Notes: generated by a model not told the origin, from the sequence alone. Numbered from the stretch's first letter, positions 8,642 through 19,077 are shown. The stretch is 64,000 nucleotides of DNA from Omnitrophica WOR_2 bacterium GWF2_43_52 (GCA_001805445.1 MHGF01000003.1:184429-248428); one strand, 5' to 3'. A program made the numbers and translations.

Positions 8642-9832
8642 ATGAAAATTTGCCTGCTTTCTGAAGGATATCACCAGTATAGAGGAGGGATAGAAAGCTT
8701 CACCCATATGCTGGCGCATAGTTTGATTGCCCAAGGCCATCAGGTACACATTATTACAACTACTGGAGAGGAAAAATTTTATTTGGAAGACGCCTCATTA
8801 CAAGAGAAAGGCTTATATATCCATAAAGTAACGCTTAAACAACAGCCTTTCTTTGGCTTCTGGAAAATCAACAAGATACTGCCTCTTTACGAAATATATT
8901 TTTCATATTGTATAACAAAAAAACTTAATGAAATCATTCGTGGCCATAAGATAGATATTTTTGAATCTTCAATCATTAATCTTTGGTATTTCAAGAAAAG
9001 AATCCCTTTTGTCATACGCCTGCATGGATACGCAGGCTTTGAAGAAAGATATTCGCATGATGGCAGCCTGCGTAATTTTTTGAGAGTTACCATAAAATGG
9101 TGGATAGAGAAGAAACTTTTAGAGAATGCCGACGCCCTTATTTCTGTCTCGCGCGATCATGTTAAAGCAGCCTCTAAACTTTGGAAATTAAAGCATGCTT
9201 CGGATATGCATATAATCCATAACGGCATTGATGCTACGCTGTTCTCGCCAGTTCGAGATAGTGGGAGCCGTAATAACGATATACTTTTTGTTGGGAGAAT
9301 ACATAAAGGCAAAGGTGTGGGCGTTTTAGTTGATGTTATACCAGAGGTGTTAAAGGATTTCCCTGAAACACAATTTATTTTTGTCGGAAAAGATAGTACT
9401 GATGAATACGGGAATTCATACACGGCACAATTAACATATAAAACACAGAATAAGAGAATCTCCTTTTTGGGCGCGCTTTCTCAGGAAGAGGTTATCGGTT
9501 TTTACAGAAAAACTTCTGTCTGCGTATTCCCATCGTTATTTCGTGAACCGTTTCCCATGGTAATGTTAGAGGCTATGGCATGTGGTTGTGCCGTTATTGC
9601 TTCAGATAAGGGAGGGTTTACTGAAGTAATACAGGATGGGGCCAACGGGTTATTGGTCCCTCAGGGAGATGCGGGACTTTTGGCCCTGGCTATTAAGAAG
9701 CTGCTTGGTAACTCAAAGCTTACGGATGATTTATCGCGTAATGCCATTAAAGAAATTAGAAGTAATTTTACTATTAACCATACCACTGAAAAGACTTTAG
9801 CAGTTTACCAAACTGTATTAGATAAGCCTTAG
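8642..9832 (+). CDS. Family 4 (GT-B) glycosyltransferase
   Basis: Canonical GT4 C-terminal motif EPFPMVMLEAMACGCAVIASDKGGFTEVIQDGANGLLV. Confidence 0.75.
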   Translation: MKICLLSEGYHQYRGGIESFTHMLAHSLIAQGHQVHIITTTGEEKFYLEDASLQEKGLYIHKVTLKQQPFFGFWKINKILPLYEIYFSYCITKKLNEIIRGHKIDIFESSIINLWYFKKRIPFVIRLHGYAGFEERYSHDGSLRNFLRVTIKWWIEKKLLENADALISVSRDHVKAASKLWKLKHASDMHIIHNGIDATLFSPVRDSGSRNNDILFVGRIHKGKGVGVLVDVIPEVLKDFPETQFIFVGKDSTDEYGNSYTAQLTYKTQNKRISFLGALSQEEVIGFYRKTSVCVFPSLFREPFPMVMLEAMACGCAVIASDKGGFTEVIQDGANGLLVPQGDAGLLALAIKKLLGNSKLTDDLSRNAIKEIRSNFTINHTTEKTLAVYQTVLDKP

Positions 9833-9848
9833 ACTAAACATATTTTGT

Positions 9849-9901
9849 TACACCTACGCGGTGCAGCAGATGGAAAATGATTTTTTCACCGCGTAGGTGT
9901 A
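9849..9901 (+). promoter_or_regulatory. Perfect 15-bp stem (TACACCTACGCGGTG / CACCGCGTAGGTGTA) with a 23-nt loop between the GT4 gene and the radical SAM gene
   Basis: The inverted repeat is directly visible. There is no downstream U-run, so it may be an attenuator or processing/REP-like hairpin rather than an intrinsic terminator. Confidence 0.4.
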
Positions 9902-9951
9902 AACAGCACGGCTCAAGTTTACCGCGTTCACAGACTGGGAAAAACCAAACA

Positions 9952-10953
9952 ATGGTAAAGACTCCTTACGATATAGAGGTTGCCTGGCAGATAAACGACT
10001 TCTGCGATTTTGACTGCGCCTATTGCTGGCTTCATGAAAGGGATTGGACAAAATCAAAAAGATTCGCGGGGATACAAGACACACAGAAAGTAATCAACAG
10101 TTTTAATAACGCAGGGCTGGTCTGGCTGGTGCATATGTCTGGCGGAGAGCCGTTTTTCTCTCCTCATTTTATTGAGCTATGCCAGGGGCTGACTCAAACA
10201 CATTATATCAGCATCAATACCAACTTAAGCCACAAGGATGTAGCGCGTTTTGCCAAGACAATTAATCCGGAAAAAGTGGAGTTTATCCATGCAAGCCTTC
10301 ACATTACTGAAAGAAAAAAGCAGGGAAAGGTAAAGGATTTTATACAAAAATATCACACCCTTAAAACGCGAGGGTTTAACATTTTTGTTTCCTATTTAAT
10401 GCATCCGTCTATTTTGGGTAGATTTGAGAAAGACTACGCGTATTTTAAATCTGAAGGAATAATCCTCAGGCCAAAAATATTTTGGGGTGATTATTATGGA
10501 ATTTTCGGTATATTGAACACCCCGATAGTGCGAGAAGTAAACCGTTTTAATCATATACGAAGCCGCTTAAGGAAACAGTATCCCAACAGTTATACCGACA
10601 CTCAAAAAAACCTAATTAAGGCTTATATTGAAAAAAGCCGCGTTGATGAGGGCGCGATAGGGCAAAAGCATGACGCAGGGCAAAGAACCGTAGATTTAAG
10701 CTTAGATAAAAATTGGGCTGACGGCTTACTTTCCTTTAGAGGCAGGCCCTGCCTTGCGGGAGTAAAATTCGTCAAGATGGATCAATACGGAAAAGTGTAT
10801 CGCTGTAATGATGAAACAAAACACTATTTGGGAAATTTGTTTAATGGGGGAATAAAACTTCTCCCTGAGCCTATAGAATGTAGCGCTGAGATATGCAGCT
10901 GCCCCTATGTTGGCTCACGATATGCTTCTAATCAAATACTATGCCAAAAGTAA
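9952..10953 (+). CDS. Radical SAM enzyme with a C-terminal SPASM-like Cys-rich domain
   Basis: CDFDCAYC is a CxxxCxxC radical-SAM cluster motif. SGGEPF is a glycine-rich SAM-binding motif. The C-terminus, CSAEICSCPYVG, forms a Cys cluster. The ATG at 9952 is preferred over the upstream in-frame ATG at 9877, which lies in the loop of the hairpin. Confidence 0.6.
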   Translation: MVKTPYDIEVAWQINDFCDFDCAYCWLHERDWTKSKRFAGIQDTQKVINSFNNAGLVWLVHMSGGEPFFSPHFIELCQGLTQTHYISINTNLSHKDVARFAKTINPEKVEFIHASLHITERKKQGKVKDFIQKYHTLKTRGFNIFVSYLMHPSILGRFEKDYAYFKSEGIILRPKIFWGDYYGIFGILNTPIVREVNRFNHIRSRLRKQYPNSYTDTQKNLIKAYIEKSRVDEGAIGQKHDAGQRTVDLSLDKNWADGLLSFRGRPCLAGVKFVKMDQYGKVYRCNDETKHYLGNLFNGGIKLLPEPIECSAEICSCPYVGSRYASNQILCQK

Positions 10954-11891
10954 GCGTTGTAATACCTACCTATAATAGGGCTGATTACCTGCAAGAAGCC
11001 ATAGACAGCGTTTTGGCTCAGGCCTACACTGATTATGAAATCATAGTCCTTGATGACGGTTCAACTGACAATACCAAAGAAGCTCTAGCTCATTACAAGG
11101 ACAAAATAAAGTATTTCTATCAGGAAAATAGAGGGCCTACAGCAGCAAAAAATTCAGGGATGCAAAAGGCCCGTGGAGAATATATCGCCTTTTTAGATGA
11201 TGATGACCTTTGGCTGCCTGAAAAACTCGCGAAACAAGTAGAGGCGCTGGACAACAACCAGAAATTAGCCTTTGTCTGCTCAGGAAGCTACGTTATAGAC
11301 AGCTCTGGACAACGTATAGATGAATGGAAAAAGGTTACCCAAAATCAGGAAACATTCAGTAACCTCTATGAGGCTAATTTTGTCTTTACCTTGACTGTCA
11401 TGATAAGGCGCAAATGCTTAGCGGCTACCGGATTGTTTGATGAAAACCTGTCTATAGTTCAAGATTATGACTTATGGCTGCGCCTGGCTAAAAGGTATCC
11501 GTTTGCTTATATCGCTCTGCCACTGGCACAATACCGCAAACACGACAGCAATGTCACGAGAAATATTCCACAACGTTTAAAAGAGCACCTGCGAATAGTC
11601 AATAAAAAGGAAATCGCGGGAGATCTTAGTTTTATCAAAAGAAGGATACGCACGGCAAAGGTATATATTCTGTTTGCGGCCACCTACTATGCGGCAAAAA
11701 ACTTTAAAAAAGCAGGGATATGTTACCTTAACGCCGTATTAACCTTTCCGTTCATAGGAAATTATTATTGGCCCAAGGAAGCTCTCTCTATGAGGTTTTC
11801 CTCTATCTATAGGATTTTAAAAATTTACTACATGGTTGCTGTGTGCTTTTTAAAGAATATTAACGCTCCCTGTAGTAGGCTGTTACCTTAA
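10941..11891 (+). CDS. Family 2 glycosyltransferase
   Basis: VSVVIPTYNRADYLQEAIDSVLAQAYTDYEIIVLDDGSTDNT, followed by a FLDDDD DxD motif. Confidence 0.75.
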   Translation: MPKVSVVIPTYNRADYLQEAIDSVLAQAYTDYEIIVLDDGSTDNTKEALAHYKDKIKYFYQENRGPTAAKNSGMQKARGEYIAFLDDDDLWLPEKLAKQVEALDNNQKLAFVCSGSYVIDSSGQRIDEWKKVTQNQETFSNLYEANFVFTLTVMIRRKCLAATGLFDENLSIVQDYDLWLRLAKRYPFAYIALPLAQYRKHDSNVTRNIPQRLKEHLRIVNKKEIAGDLSFIKRRIRTAKVYILFAATYYAAKNFKKAGICYLNAVLTFPFIGNYYWPKEALSMRFSSIYRILKIYYMVAVCFLKNINAPCSRLLP

Positions 11892-12190
11892 TTTTTTTCA
11901 TCTGTAATTTGTAGCGGTTGCCGCCTGCCGGCAGGCAGGTAAGGCAACGATATTACAAGGTCAGCTTACGCTGACCCCTACGGTAACTACATTATGACAT
12001 AAATTTATGTAACAATGTAGTAGTACACTGTAACAAAAGTTTTTAACTCTTCCCCTCCCTTGATGGGAGGGGTTAGGGGAGGGAGATGCCCGACTAATAT
12101 CACCCCCACCTATCCTCCCCATCAAGGGGGAGGAAATTCAATAACTTATGTTACACTGTAGTAGAGACAAATAGGAAAGAACAATAGACT
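11892..12190. repeat. Repeat-dense 300-bp intergenic region (palindromes CCTGCCGGCAGG and CATAAATTTATG; inverted copies of CCCTCCC-ttgat-GGGAGGG / CCTCCCC-atcaa-GGGGAGG)
   Basis: Hairpins and inverted copies are directly visible at 11918-11947, 12051-12071 and 12114-12132. The arrangement resembles a miniature inverted-repeat element. Confidence 0.4.
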
Positions 12191-13486
12191 ATGCCCAAAA
12201 GGATATTACTTGACCACGGAGCGAATTATAATATAGGCGATATTGCCCAGCTTGAGAATGTGGCGTTACGACTACTCCACAATTATCCGGATACCGAGTT
12301 ATATATCACAGACCGGCCTAACCTAAAAACATCACTTTGGGATAATGCCGCTATTCACAGACAAAAGTATTTCAGGGTCAACATTCCCGGCGCTCATGCC
12401 TTCTCTAACCTGCCTTTTGCCTGGCGGTATGATGAATCCTGGCGAAGGATGGTGTCAAACGTTGCCTTATTGTATTCAGAGCGAGCTAACATGCAAAGAT
12501 TATTCCCTGTCACCTATTGTGACAATGATAGTAAAAACAGCCTTGATTTAAAAGAATATTGCAAAGGCTTTGATGGCTTGGTTATCTCAGGAGGCGGTTT
12601 TTTTAATGACACATTGCATTATACTTTGATAGAAAAATGCTCTTTAATTAACGCGTTTATTAGCAAAGGTATACCGGTAATGCTTACGGGACAACAAATA
12701 GGGCCTTTTAAATCTACTTTAACCAAGAAACTGCTTAAAAAAACCCTAAAGAAGGTTTCTTTTATAGGCCTGAGGGACCCAGGGTATTCACTTACATTCT
12801 GCGAAGATGCGGGCATTAATAGAAATACTTTTGGGCTCATGGGCGATGATTCCTTGGGGGCGCCTTGCGCTCCAGAGACCACTATAGAAACGCTCCTAAA
12901 AAATAATCAGCTTGAGGCAGGGAATTTCTTAGCCGTAAACGTGCGCCTGAGCAATTACAACCGTGAGGTATACGCGCATATAAAGAATATTGCTTCTTTA
13001 TTTGAAAAACTGGCAGAAAGGCTTCAAATGCCTTTGGTATTTATTCCGATTGCTTTTAATACCCAGGACAGCGGGATAGCCGCGGCAAAGGTATTGGTAA
13101 AGCATATGCCTGGCAACACTGTTAAAATCTTGCAATGCCCCAATCAAACCCCCGCTATAACCAAAGGAATCCTCAAGAAGGCATACGCGGCTGTTGGGGT
13201 TTCCTATCATTTTTGCGTCTTTGCTTTAAGTCAAGGCACTCCGGCTGTATGTATGCATGATGGGGCGTATTACGGGCAAAAAGCAAAGAATATTTCCTTA
13301 TTCTGGCAGGACCACCGGCTTTCTCTTGACTTAAGCAAAACCTCCGTTGATGGAGCAGGTGAACAAATAATGAAGGTATCAAACGACGCGGCACTCAGAG
13401 AAAAAATCAAGGGCATCTCTGAAAAAGCATTATTGGAATGGCAGAATATTTTTGATAATAGATTAAAAGAATTAATGCGGCAGTAG
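12191..13486 (+). CDS. Polysaccharide pyruvyl transferase-family-like protein
   Basis: A 431-aa cytoplasmic protein with an N-terminal HGANYNIGDIAQ glycine/aspartate motif and the overall pattern of CsaB/WcaK-type pyruvyl transferases. Low-identity call. Confidence 0.35.
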   Translation: MPKRILLDHGANYNIGDIAQLENVALRLLHNYPDTELYITDRPNLKTSLWDNAAIHRQKYFRVNIPGAHAFSNLPFAWRYDESWRRMVSNVALLYSERANMQRLFPVTYCDNDSKNSLDLKEYCKGFDGLVISGGGFFNDTLHYTLIEKCSLINAFISKGIPVMLTGQQIGPFKSTLTKKLLKKTLKKVSFIGLRDPGYSLTFCEDAGINRNTFGLMGDDSLGAPCAPETTIETLLKNNQLEAGNFLAVNVRLSNYNREVYAHIKNIASLFEKLAERLQMPLVFIPIAFNTQDSGIAAAKVLVKHMPGNTVKILQCPNQTPAITKGILKKAYAAVGVSYHFCVFALSQGTPAVCMHDGAYYGQKAKNISLFWQDHRLSLDLSKTSVDGAGEQIMKVSNDAALREKIKGISEKALLEWQNIFDNRLKELMRQ

Positions 13487-13521
13487 ACAAAAGAAACGCC
13501 ATAGTAAACTATTTAAACGAA

Positions 13522-15846
13522 ATGAAAAATACGATTGCGGTTATAGCTCCGGAGGTTTTTCCCATTCCACCAGTAAAGGGCGGAGCAGTGGAGGGCGAGA
13601 TATACGAAACCGCTAAGGAAATGCGCGGCTTCAAAATCAACATATTCTCAACCCACTCCGAGGGACTGCCGCAAAGCAATCGCGAAGGAGAAATACAGTA
13701 TTTCTGGTACAGGCGCTCTTGGTTAGATAACCTCGCCCTGCTGACGTATAAACTCCCTTTTAAAAACAGCCGTTCTTTCGGGTATTGGCTATTTTATTCC
13801 TTCTGGTGCGCGCGGCTTTGCCGAAGGATACAGGCAAACATCATCCATATCCATAACCGCTGGCAGTTTGTGGCTGTAGTAAAGCGGTTTAATCCGGACG
13901 CGAAGATTTTTCTTCATATTCATCAGGTAAGCGCTTTGAACTTCTCTAAGGCACAGGCAGAGTATCTCAAGAAAAATATATACGGGTTTATCTCCTGCAG
14001 TGATTTTCTGGCTCAAAAAATAAGAGAAAAATGCTTCATCGCTAAAGAAAAAATATTCGTAGTCAAAAATGGCGCTGACCTTACAAGCTTTCAGCCAGCC
14101 TCTGAAACTGAAAAACGCGCGATAAAAGGCAGGCTTGGATTAGCTGGCGGTAAAGTTATCCTTTATGCCGGCCGCTTAGCAGAAAACAAGGGAGCGCATA
14201 TTTTACTACAGGCTTTTAATAAGCTTACCTATTCAGATGTTACCCTCATTTTAGCCGGAGGCATTACCTATAGCGATTCCACGCAAAATGAATACCTGAA
14301 ATCCTTAAAAACCCTGGCTGAGGGCAAAAAAGAAAAAATAAAGTTCTTAGGCCATGTCCCCCATGAGAAAATCCCTGAACTTTACAAGGCAGCGGATATA
14401 TTCGCGATACCTTCTCAGGTTGAAGAAGCCTTGGGAATATCCCTCATTGAAGCGATGGCAACAGGGCTTACGGTAATTGGAAGTAAGCGAGGAGGCATCC
14501 CTGAATTGATAGAGGATAAAGAAAACGGCGTATTAGTCAATGATTATTCAAATCCTGATGCCTGGCGCCAGAGACTAGATGCGCTTTTAGAAAACGACGC
14601 CTTAAGTGTAAGTTTAGGCAAGAAAGCAAGGCAAAAGACAGAGGTAAGTCTTAGCTGGAAACATAGTGCCGATAGCTTAAAACATTTGTACAACCAAGCC
14701 TTAGCCAATACGAAAACAAAGGTTCTGTTCATTGAAACCGGAAGCGGCTTTGGCGGCTCTGCCAAATACCTTTATGAGCTAACCAGCCGTATTAATAAAG
14801 AGAATTTTGAGCCTTATGTTATTTATTCCGGATATGGCCCAAACATCAAAAAGGTGATAGAGCTTGGTATACCGGCGCGAAGAATCAACCTGTTTTTAGA
14901 GGATAAACATAACATCCTGTTAAATTATCTTTATTTATTCTACTGGCTTATTTTTAGGGTACTCCCGAACATCTTTAGGATTGCGGCTATAATCAAGAAG
15001 ACTGCCCTTGATATCGTATACCTTAACAATGAATTGCTCAGTCATTTGCCCTCAATTATCGCGGCAAAGCTATGCGGAAAGAAAGTAATCTGCCATAACC
15101 ACGGGTTAAGGCAATTAACATTTATAGAAAGAAAACTTATCACCTATGTAGACTTATTTGTCTGTGTTTCAAACGCGACGCTTGAGGCTATTAAAGAAGA
15201 TGTTAGCAATAAACCGGCGAAAGTGGTGTATAATGGCTTGGATACGCAGGACTTTGACTTAGGGAAAATTGCCTTAGACAGCAAAATAGAAGCTCTCAAA
15301 AAAACCAAGAAATTAGTCGGGATTTACGGGAGGATCGTGGAATGGAAGGGGCATAGTGTGTTTGTTGAAGCGGCGGCAGGAGTGCTCCAGGACTTTCCGG
15401 ATACCCTTTTTCTGGTTATCGGGGATGACCTTACGCCGCGGAAAAATTTTCTTAAAGAAGTAAAGAGGCGCGTAAAGGAATTGGGCATCGAGAATAGTTT
15501 CGTCTTTACCGGTTGGCAGGAAGATACGAAACCTATGGTTTTAGGGCTAGACATAGTGGTGCATCCTTCAATAAAGCCTGAGCCGTTTGGGCTGGCGGTC
15601 ATAGAAGCAATGGCATTAGAGCGCCCCGTCGTTGCTTCACGTTTAGGCGCGCTTCCTGAAATAATTGATGATACGGTTGACGGCATATTGTTTGAGCCGA
15701 ATAACCCGCAAGATTTGGCACAAAAGATAAAGCTTCTCCTTGCTGACGATAGCCAGCGACAAAAAATAGGCAAAGCCGCTAGGATTAAAGTAGCGAACAA
15801 CTTTAGCATAGACAAGAATATACGTTCAATCGAGTCCCTTTTATAA
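13522..15846 (+). CDS. Tandem fusion of two GT4 glycosyltransferase domains
   Basis: Two complete GT-B units. The first ends …EALGISLIEAMATGLTVIGSKRGGIPELIEDKENGVLV and the second …EPFGLAVIEAMALERPVVASRLGALPEIIDDTVDGILF. Confidence 0.7.
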   Translation: MKNTIAVIAPEVFPIPPVKGGAVEGEIYETAKEMRGFKINIFSTHSEGLPQSNREGEIQYFWYRRSWLDNLALLTYKLPFKNSRSFGYWLFYSFWCARLCRRIQANIIHIHNRWQFVAVVKRFNPDAKIFLHIHQVSALNFSKAQAEYLKKNIYGFISCSDFLAQKIREKCFIAKEKIFVVKNGADLTSFQPASETEKRAIKGRLGLAGGKVILYAGRLAENKGAHILLQAFNKLTYSDVTLILAGGITYSDSTQNEYLKSLKTLAEGKKEKIKFLGHVPHEKIPELYKAADIFAIPSQVEEALGISLIEAMATGLTVIGSKRGGIPELIEDKENGVLVNDYSNPDAWRQRLDALLENDALSVSLGKKARQKTEVSLSWKHSADSLKHLYNQALANTKTKVLFIETGSGFGGSAKYLYELTSRINKENFEPYVIYSGYGPNIKKVIELGIPARRINLFLEDKHNILLNYLYLFYWLIFRVLPNIFRIAAIIKKTALDIVYLNNELLSHLPSIIAAKLCGKKVICHNHGLRQLTFIERKLITYVDLFVCVSNATLEAIKEDVSNKPAKVVYNGLDTQDFDLGKIALDSKIEALKKTKKLVGIYGRIVEWKGHSVFVEAAAGVLQDFPDTLFLVIGDDLTPRKNFLKEVKRRVKELGIENSFVFTGWQEDTKPMVLGLDIVVHPSIKPEPFGLAVIEAMALERPVVASRLGALPEIIDDTVDGILFEPNNPQDLAQKIKLLLADDSQRQKIGKAARIKVANNFSIDKNIRSIESLL

Positions 15847-15849
15847 CCA

Positions 15850-15888
15850 TTCAACCTCGTAGGTTGAATTTTCAACCTACGAGGTTGA
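15850..15888. repeat. REP family A pair (TTCAACCTCGTAGGTTGAA / TTCAACCTACGAGGTTGA)
   Basis: Two adjacent near-perfect palindromic units lie right after the stop of the GT4 fusion gene. It is the same unit that flanks the RAYT gene at 27601-28400. Confidence 0.6.
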
Positions 15889-15908
15889 CGCGGTGAGGTT
15901 AAAAAAAT

Positions 15909-17357
15909 ATGGATGAAACTAGAAAAAATAATCAAATACCACAGACAAAGGCAGCGGTAAAGAAAACTAATTACAAAAGCTACTTTCCATTCTTTATCTT
16001 TATCTCCGCGATGGCATTTATCATTGCTAAGGACGTCCCCATCCCCACAGTAATTATGCTCCCTGTAGGGGTAGTGGGATTACTGGCGCTTGGACTCGGA
16101 AGTTTTTTTAATCCTGAGCTTTCCTTATTGATATTAGTCGCGTATGTGCCTTTCTCCAAGATACTCATAGGGAGGTTTGATGCCCAGATAACAGGCTTAA
16201 ACCTGACCAATGTCCTTATTTTCATTGTTACCTTAGGCTGGCTTGCTAACTGCTATAATACCAGGAAGAAGATATTTACCAAGAGTTCGCTGAATCTTGT
16301 AGTCCTCTTATTCTGCTTGTGGGGTTTTTTCTCGCTGATGATGGCGCGGTTTCTCTACGGCGAATTCTACGACCTGGAAAGTTTTTTTATCCTTTTTAAA
16401 CGCTGGGTTACCCCAATTTTCTTATATTTTATCGGGCTGAATATGGTAAAAAACAGAGAAACTTTTAAAAAAGTTATGTTTGTGGCAATGTTCTCCACCT
16501 TTATTATCGCGCTTATGGCAATCAGGGATTATATGAACGTAGGAGGAGGCAGCTTAGAGGAATCCCGCGTGGGAGGAGTCTTTGAACAGCCGAATATGCT
16601 GGGGGCATTTTTTGTCTATAACATGTTTTTCTTTTTATCGTTTTTCCTGTACTATTATCGCTCGCTGAAATACTGGCTTTTACTCATACCATTTTTGGCG
16701 TGCCTGAGGGGAATAATGGTTACCTTCTCGCGCGGGGCGTATCTCGCGTTTGGCGCGGGGGGCATTATGACTACCTTTTTTAGAAGTAAAGTCCTCTTTA
16801 TTATCGCTATGTTTTTGTTTATGGCCTCACTGATTAATCCTATTTATCTGCCGCAAGGGATGCGCGAGCGTTTGGCTTCTACGTTCGGGGGGGAAAAAGT
16901 CATGTCTACTAATGTGGAAGACATCACTGACAAAAGCGCGGGCAACAGGATTATCATCTGGAAAGGCGCTATTGAAATGATTAAGGCCAAGCCTATGTTT
17001 GGTTTTGGCTATGGAACGTTTCCTTACATCATCGGTTATTTCATCCCGGCAATGAAGGATGTGGACGCGCATAATACTTATTTAATTATTGCCGCGGAGA
17101 TGGGTATTCCGGCACTGCTTATATTCTTGCTGATTTTATTTATGCTGATAAAAAATGCCGTGTGGCTCCTCAAGCGGACAAAGGAAAGGTATTTCAAGGC
17201 CTTCGCGGTTGGCATATTAGGCAATATTTTCGGCCTCTTGCTTGCCAATATGTTCGGCTCAAGGCTCAATTCAGAGGAAGTAAGCTCATACTTCTGGATT
17301 TACGCCGGCCTCATTATGGCGGCGGTTAACATGAAAAAGAAGGGAGAGATTAATTAA
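15909..17357 (+). CDS. O-antigen ligase / polymerase (Wzy-like) family membrane protein
   Basis: A polytopic membrane protein with the O-antigen ligase-type loop …FGFGYGTFPY…DAHNTYLIIAAEMGIPALL…. Confidence 0.6.
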   Translation: MDETRKNNQIPQTKAAVKKTNYKSYFPFFIFISAMAFIIAKDVPIPTVIMLPVGVVGLLALGLGSFFNPELSLLILVAYVPFSKILIGRFDAQITGLNLTNVLIFIVTLGWLANCYNTRKKIFTKSSLNLVVLLFCLWGFFSLMMARFLYGEFYDLESFFILFKRWVTPIFLYFIGLNMVKNRETFKKVMFVAMFSTFIIALMAIRDYMNVGGGSLEESRVGGVFEQPNMLGAFFVYNMFFFLSFFLYYYRSLKYWLLLIPFLACLRGIMVTFSRGAYLAFGAGGIMTTFFRSKVLFIIAMFLFMASLINPIYLPQGMRERLASTFGGEKVMSTNVEDITDKSAGNRIIIWKGAIEMIKAKPMFGFGYGTFPYIIGYFIPAMKDVDAHNTYLIIAAEMGIPALLIFLLILFMLIKNAVWLLKRTKERYFKAFAVGILGNIFGLLLANMFGSRLNSEEVSSYFWIYAGLIMAAVNMKKKGEIN

Positions 17358-17360
17358 CCT

Positions 17361-17915
17361 ATGTTCCCAAACCTGAAATACGACTTTAGAAGAATATACC
17401 AAAAGACTTCCTATACAGGAAAATTGAGGAAGGTGTTTGCCTGCTTGGGCGCGCAGGGGTTTCAGGCGGTAATGGGGTATCGGATATGCCGCTGGCTATT
17501 TCTTAAGCGCATCCCTATAATTCATCTTATTATCCAAAGATTTATTGAAATTACCACCGGCATCTCTCTACCCCCGGAGGCGAAAATAGGCAAAGGGCTT
17601 TTGATAATGCATTTTGGAGGGATTATCATAAATTCTGACGTTAGTATGGGAGATTTCTGTACCATTGGCCATGGCGTAACTATCGGGAACAAAAGGCCGG
17701 GAGGCACATCTCCGAAAATTGGAAACAACGTGTATCTGTGCGCGGGGGCAAAGGTATTAGGTGAAATTGCGATCGGCGATAACAGTATTGTGGGAGCTAA
17801 TGCCGTAGTATTAGAGAGTTTTTCTGAGAATTCGGTAGTGGGAGGTGTCCCCGCGAAACTTATAAAAAAAATTGAAAACCCTCAAGAATATAAGGGTTTT
17901 ATCTATGAAGATTAA
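17361..17915 (+). CDS. Hexapeptide-repeat (LbH) acetyltransferase, serine O-acetyltransferase-like
   Basis: GKGLLIMHFGGIIINSDVSMGDFCTIGHGVTIGN…GNNVYLCAGAKVLG…IGDNSIVGANAVV are left-handed beta-helix hexapeptide repeats. Confidence 0.65.
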   Translation: MFPNLKYDFRRIYQKTSYTGKLRKVFACLGAQGFQAVMGYRICRWLFLKRIPIIHLIIQRFIEITTGISLPPEAKIGKGLLIMHFGGIIINSDVSMGDFCTIGHGVTIGNKRPGGTSPKIGNNVYLCAGAKVLGEIAIGDNSIVGANAVVLESFSENSVVGGVPAKLIKKIENPQEYKGFIYED

Positions 17916-19029
17916 AGTGTGCATAGTGATTGATAATCTTTATGCCGGCGGCACCCAGCGCCAGCTTTTAGAATTCCTCAAATCGTGCGACAGGCAGAGA
18001 TTTAATATCACGGTCATCAGCCTTGACGGCCAAAGGAATCCTATGGAGGCTGATATTGTTTCCTTAGGGTATAGTGTGCTGCGGGTAAGCCATAAGGGAT
18101 TTTTCAATCTCACAACTATTTTTTCCTTATGCCGCATTTTCAAAAGCGAAAAGCCTGATATTGTACATACCTATCTCTATACTTCAGATTTCTACGGGCG
18201 CTTAGCCGCCATATTTAGCAACATCACGGCCATCATATGCTCAGTGCGCAATATTCAGATCTGGAAAAAATGGTATCATCTTTTAGCTGACAAGATATTA
18301 TCCAGTTTTACTGACACAATAACCGTTAACGCGGAGAATATAAAGCCGTATTTGATTAAAAGGGCGGGAATTAATCCGGACAAGATACGTACCATCTATA
18401 ATGGCAAGGATTTAAGCAGGTTTGCGCACTTACGCGACGCAGATGAAATGAAGAGAGAATTAAGAATACCGCAAAATTCCTGTGTGGTGGGAATGGTGGG
18501 GCGCTTTAGCGAGCAAAAGGATTATCCTACGTTTCTCAAAGCGGCAAAAAAAGTATCCCAGAGCCTTCCCGACACCTATTTCGCCGCAATCGGAGACGGC
18601 CAGACAAAACAGGAAATGCGGGATTTGGCTCTGCGTTTAGGGCTCAGCGGCCATACTATTTTCACCGGTTTAAGAAACGATGTCCCGGATCTAATCAATA
18701 CTCTGGATATTGGGGTCTTAGTAAGCCATTATGAAGGTTGCCCCAATGTCATCCTGGAATATATGGCAGGGTCAAAGCCCACGATTGCCGCGGATGTAGG
18801 AGGATGCGCCGAAGTGATAGAAGATGGTAAAACCGGTTTTATCGTAGCACCCCGGGATACCGAAGCCTTAGCAGAGAAGATTATCACATTGTTAAAGGAC
18901 ACTTCAATGCGCGCGCGTATGGGGGAAGCGGGAAGAAAAAGAGTAGAAGAATGTTTTTCCCTAAAAAAAATGGTGCAAAGCACAGAAAACCTCTATACAG
19001 AGCTTTATCAGCAAAAGTATAGCCACTAG
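17905..19029 (+). CDS. Family 4 glycosyltransferase
   Basis: KIKVCIVIDNLYAGGTQRQL…EGCPNVILEYMAGSKPTIAADVGGCAEVIEDGKTGFIV. The start is taken at ATG 17905, and the gene overlaps the acetyltransferase stop by 11 nt. Confidence 0.7.
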   Translation: MKIKVCIVIDNLYAGGTQRQLLEFLKSCDRQRFNITVISLDGQRNPMEADIVSLGYSVLRVSHKGFFNLTTIFSLCRIFKSEKPDIVHTYLYTSDFYGRLAAIFSNITAIICSVRNIQIWKKWYHLLADKILSSFTDTITVNAENIKPYLIKRAGINPDKIRTIYNGKDLSRFAHLRDADEMKRELRIPQNSCVVGMVGRFSEQKDYPTFLKAAKKVSQSLPDTYFAAIGDGQTKQEMRDLALRLGLSGHTIFTGLRNDVPDLINTLDIGVLVSHYEGCPNVILEYMAGSKPTIAADVGGCAEVIEDGKTGFIVAPRDTEALAEKIITLLKDTSMRARMGEAGRKRVEECFSLKKMVQSTENLYTELYQQKYSH

Positions 19030-19032
19030 GAG

Positions 19033-19064
19033 AGGCGGAGCCTCCATAGGGAGGCTCCGCCTCA
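19033..19064 (+). terminator. 12-bp GC-rich hairpin (GGCGGAGCCTCC-atag-GGAGGCTCCGCC)
   Basis: A perfect inverted repeat between the GT4 gene and the next radical SAM gene. The U-tract is weak. Confidence 0.35.
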
Positions 19065-19077
19065 AAACGTAGAAAAC

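Noticed and set aside
15324-15935. 203-aa minus-strand ORF overlapping the GT4 fusion gene
   Set aside because: It lies entirely antisense to a well-supported GT4 domain, its sequence is low-complexity, and its end is formed by translated REP palindrome. Judged spurious.
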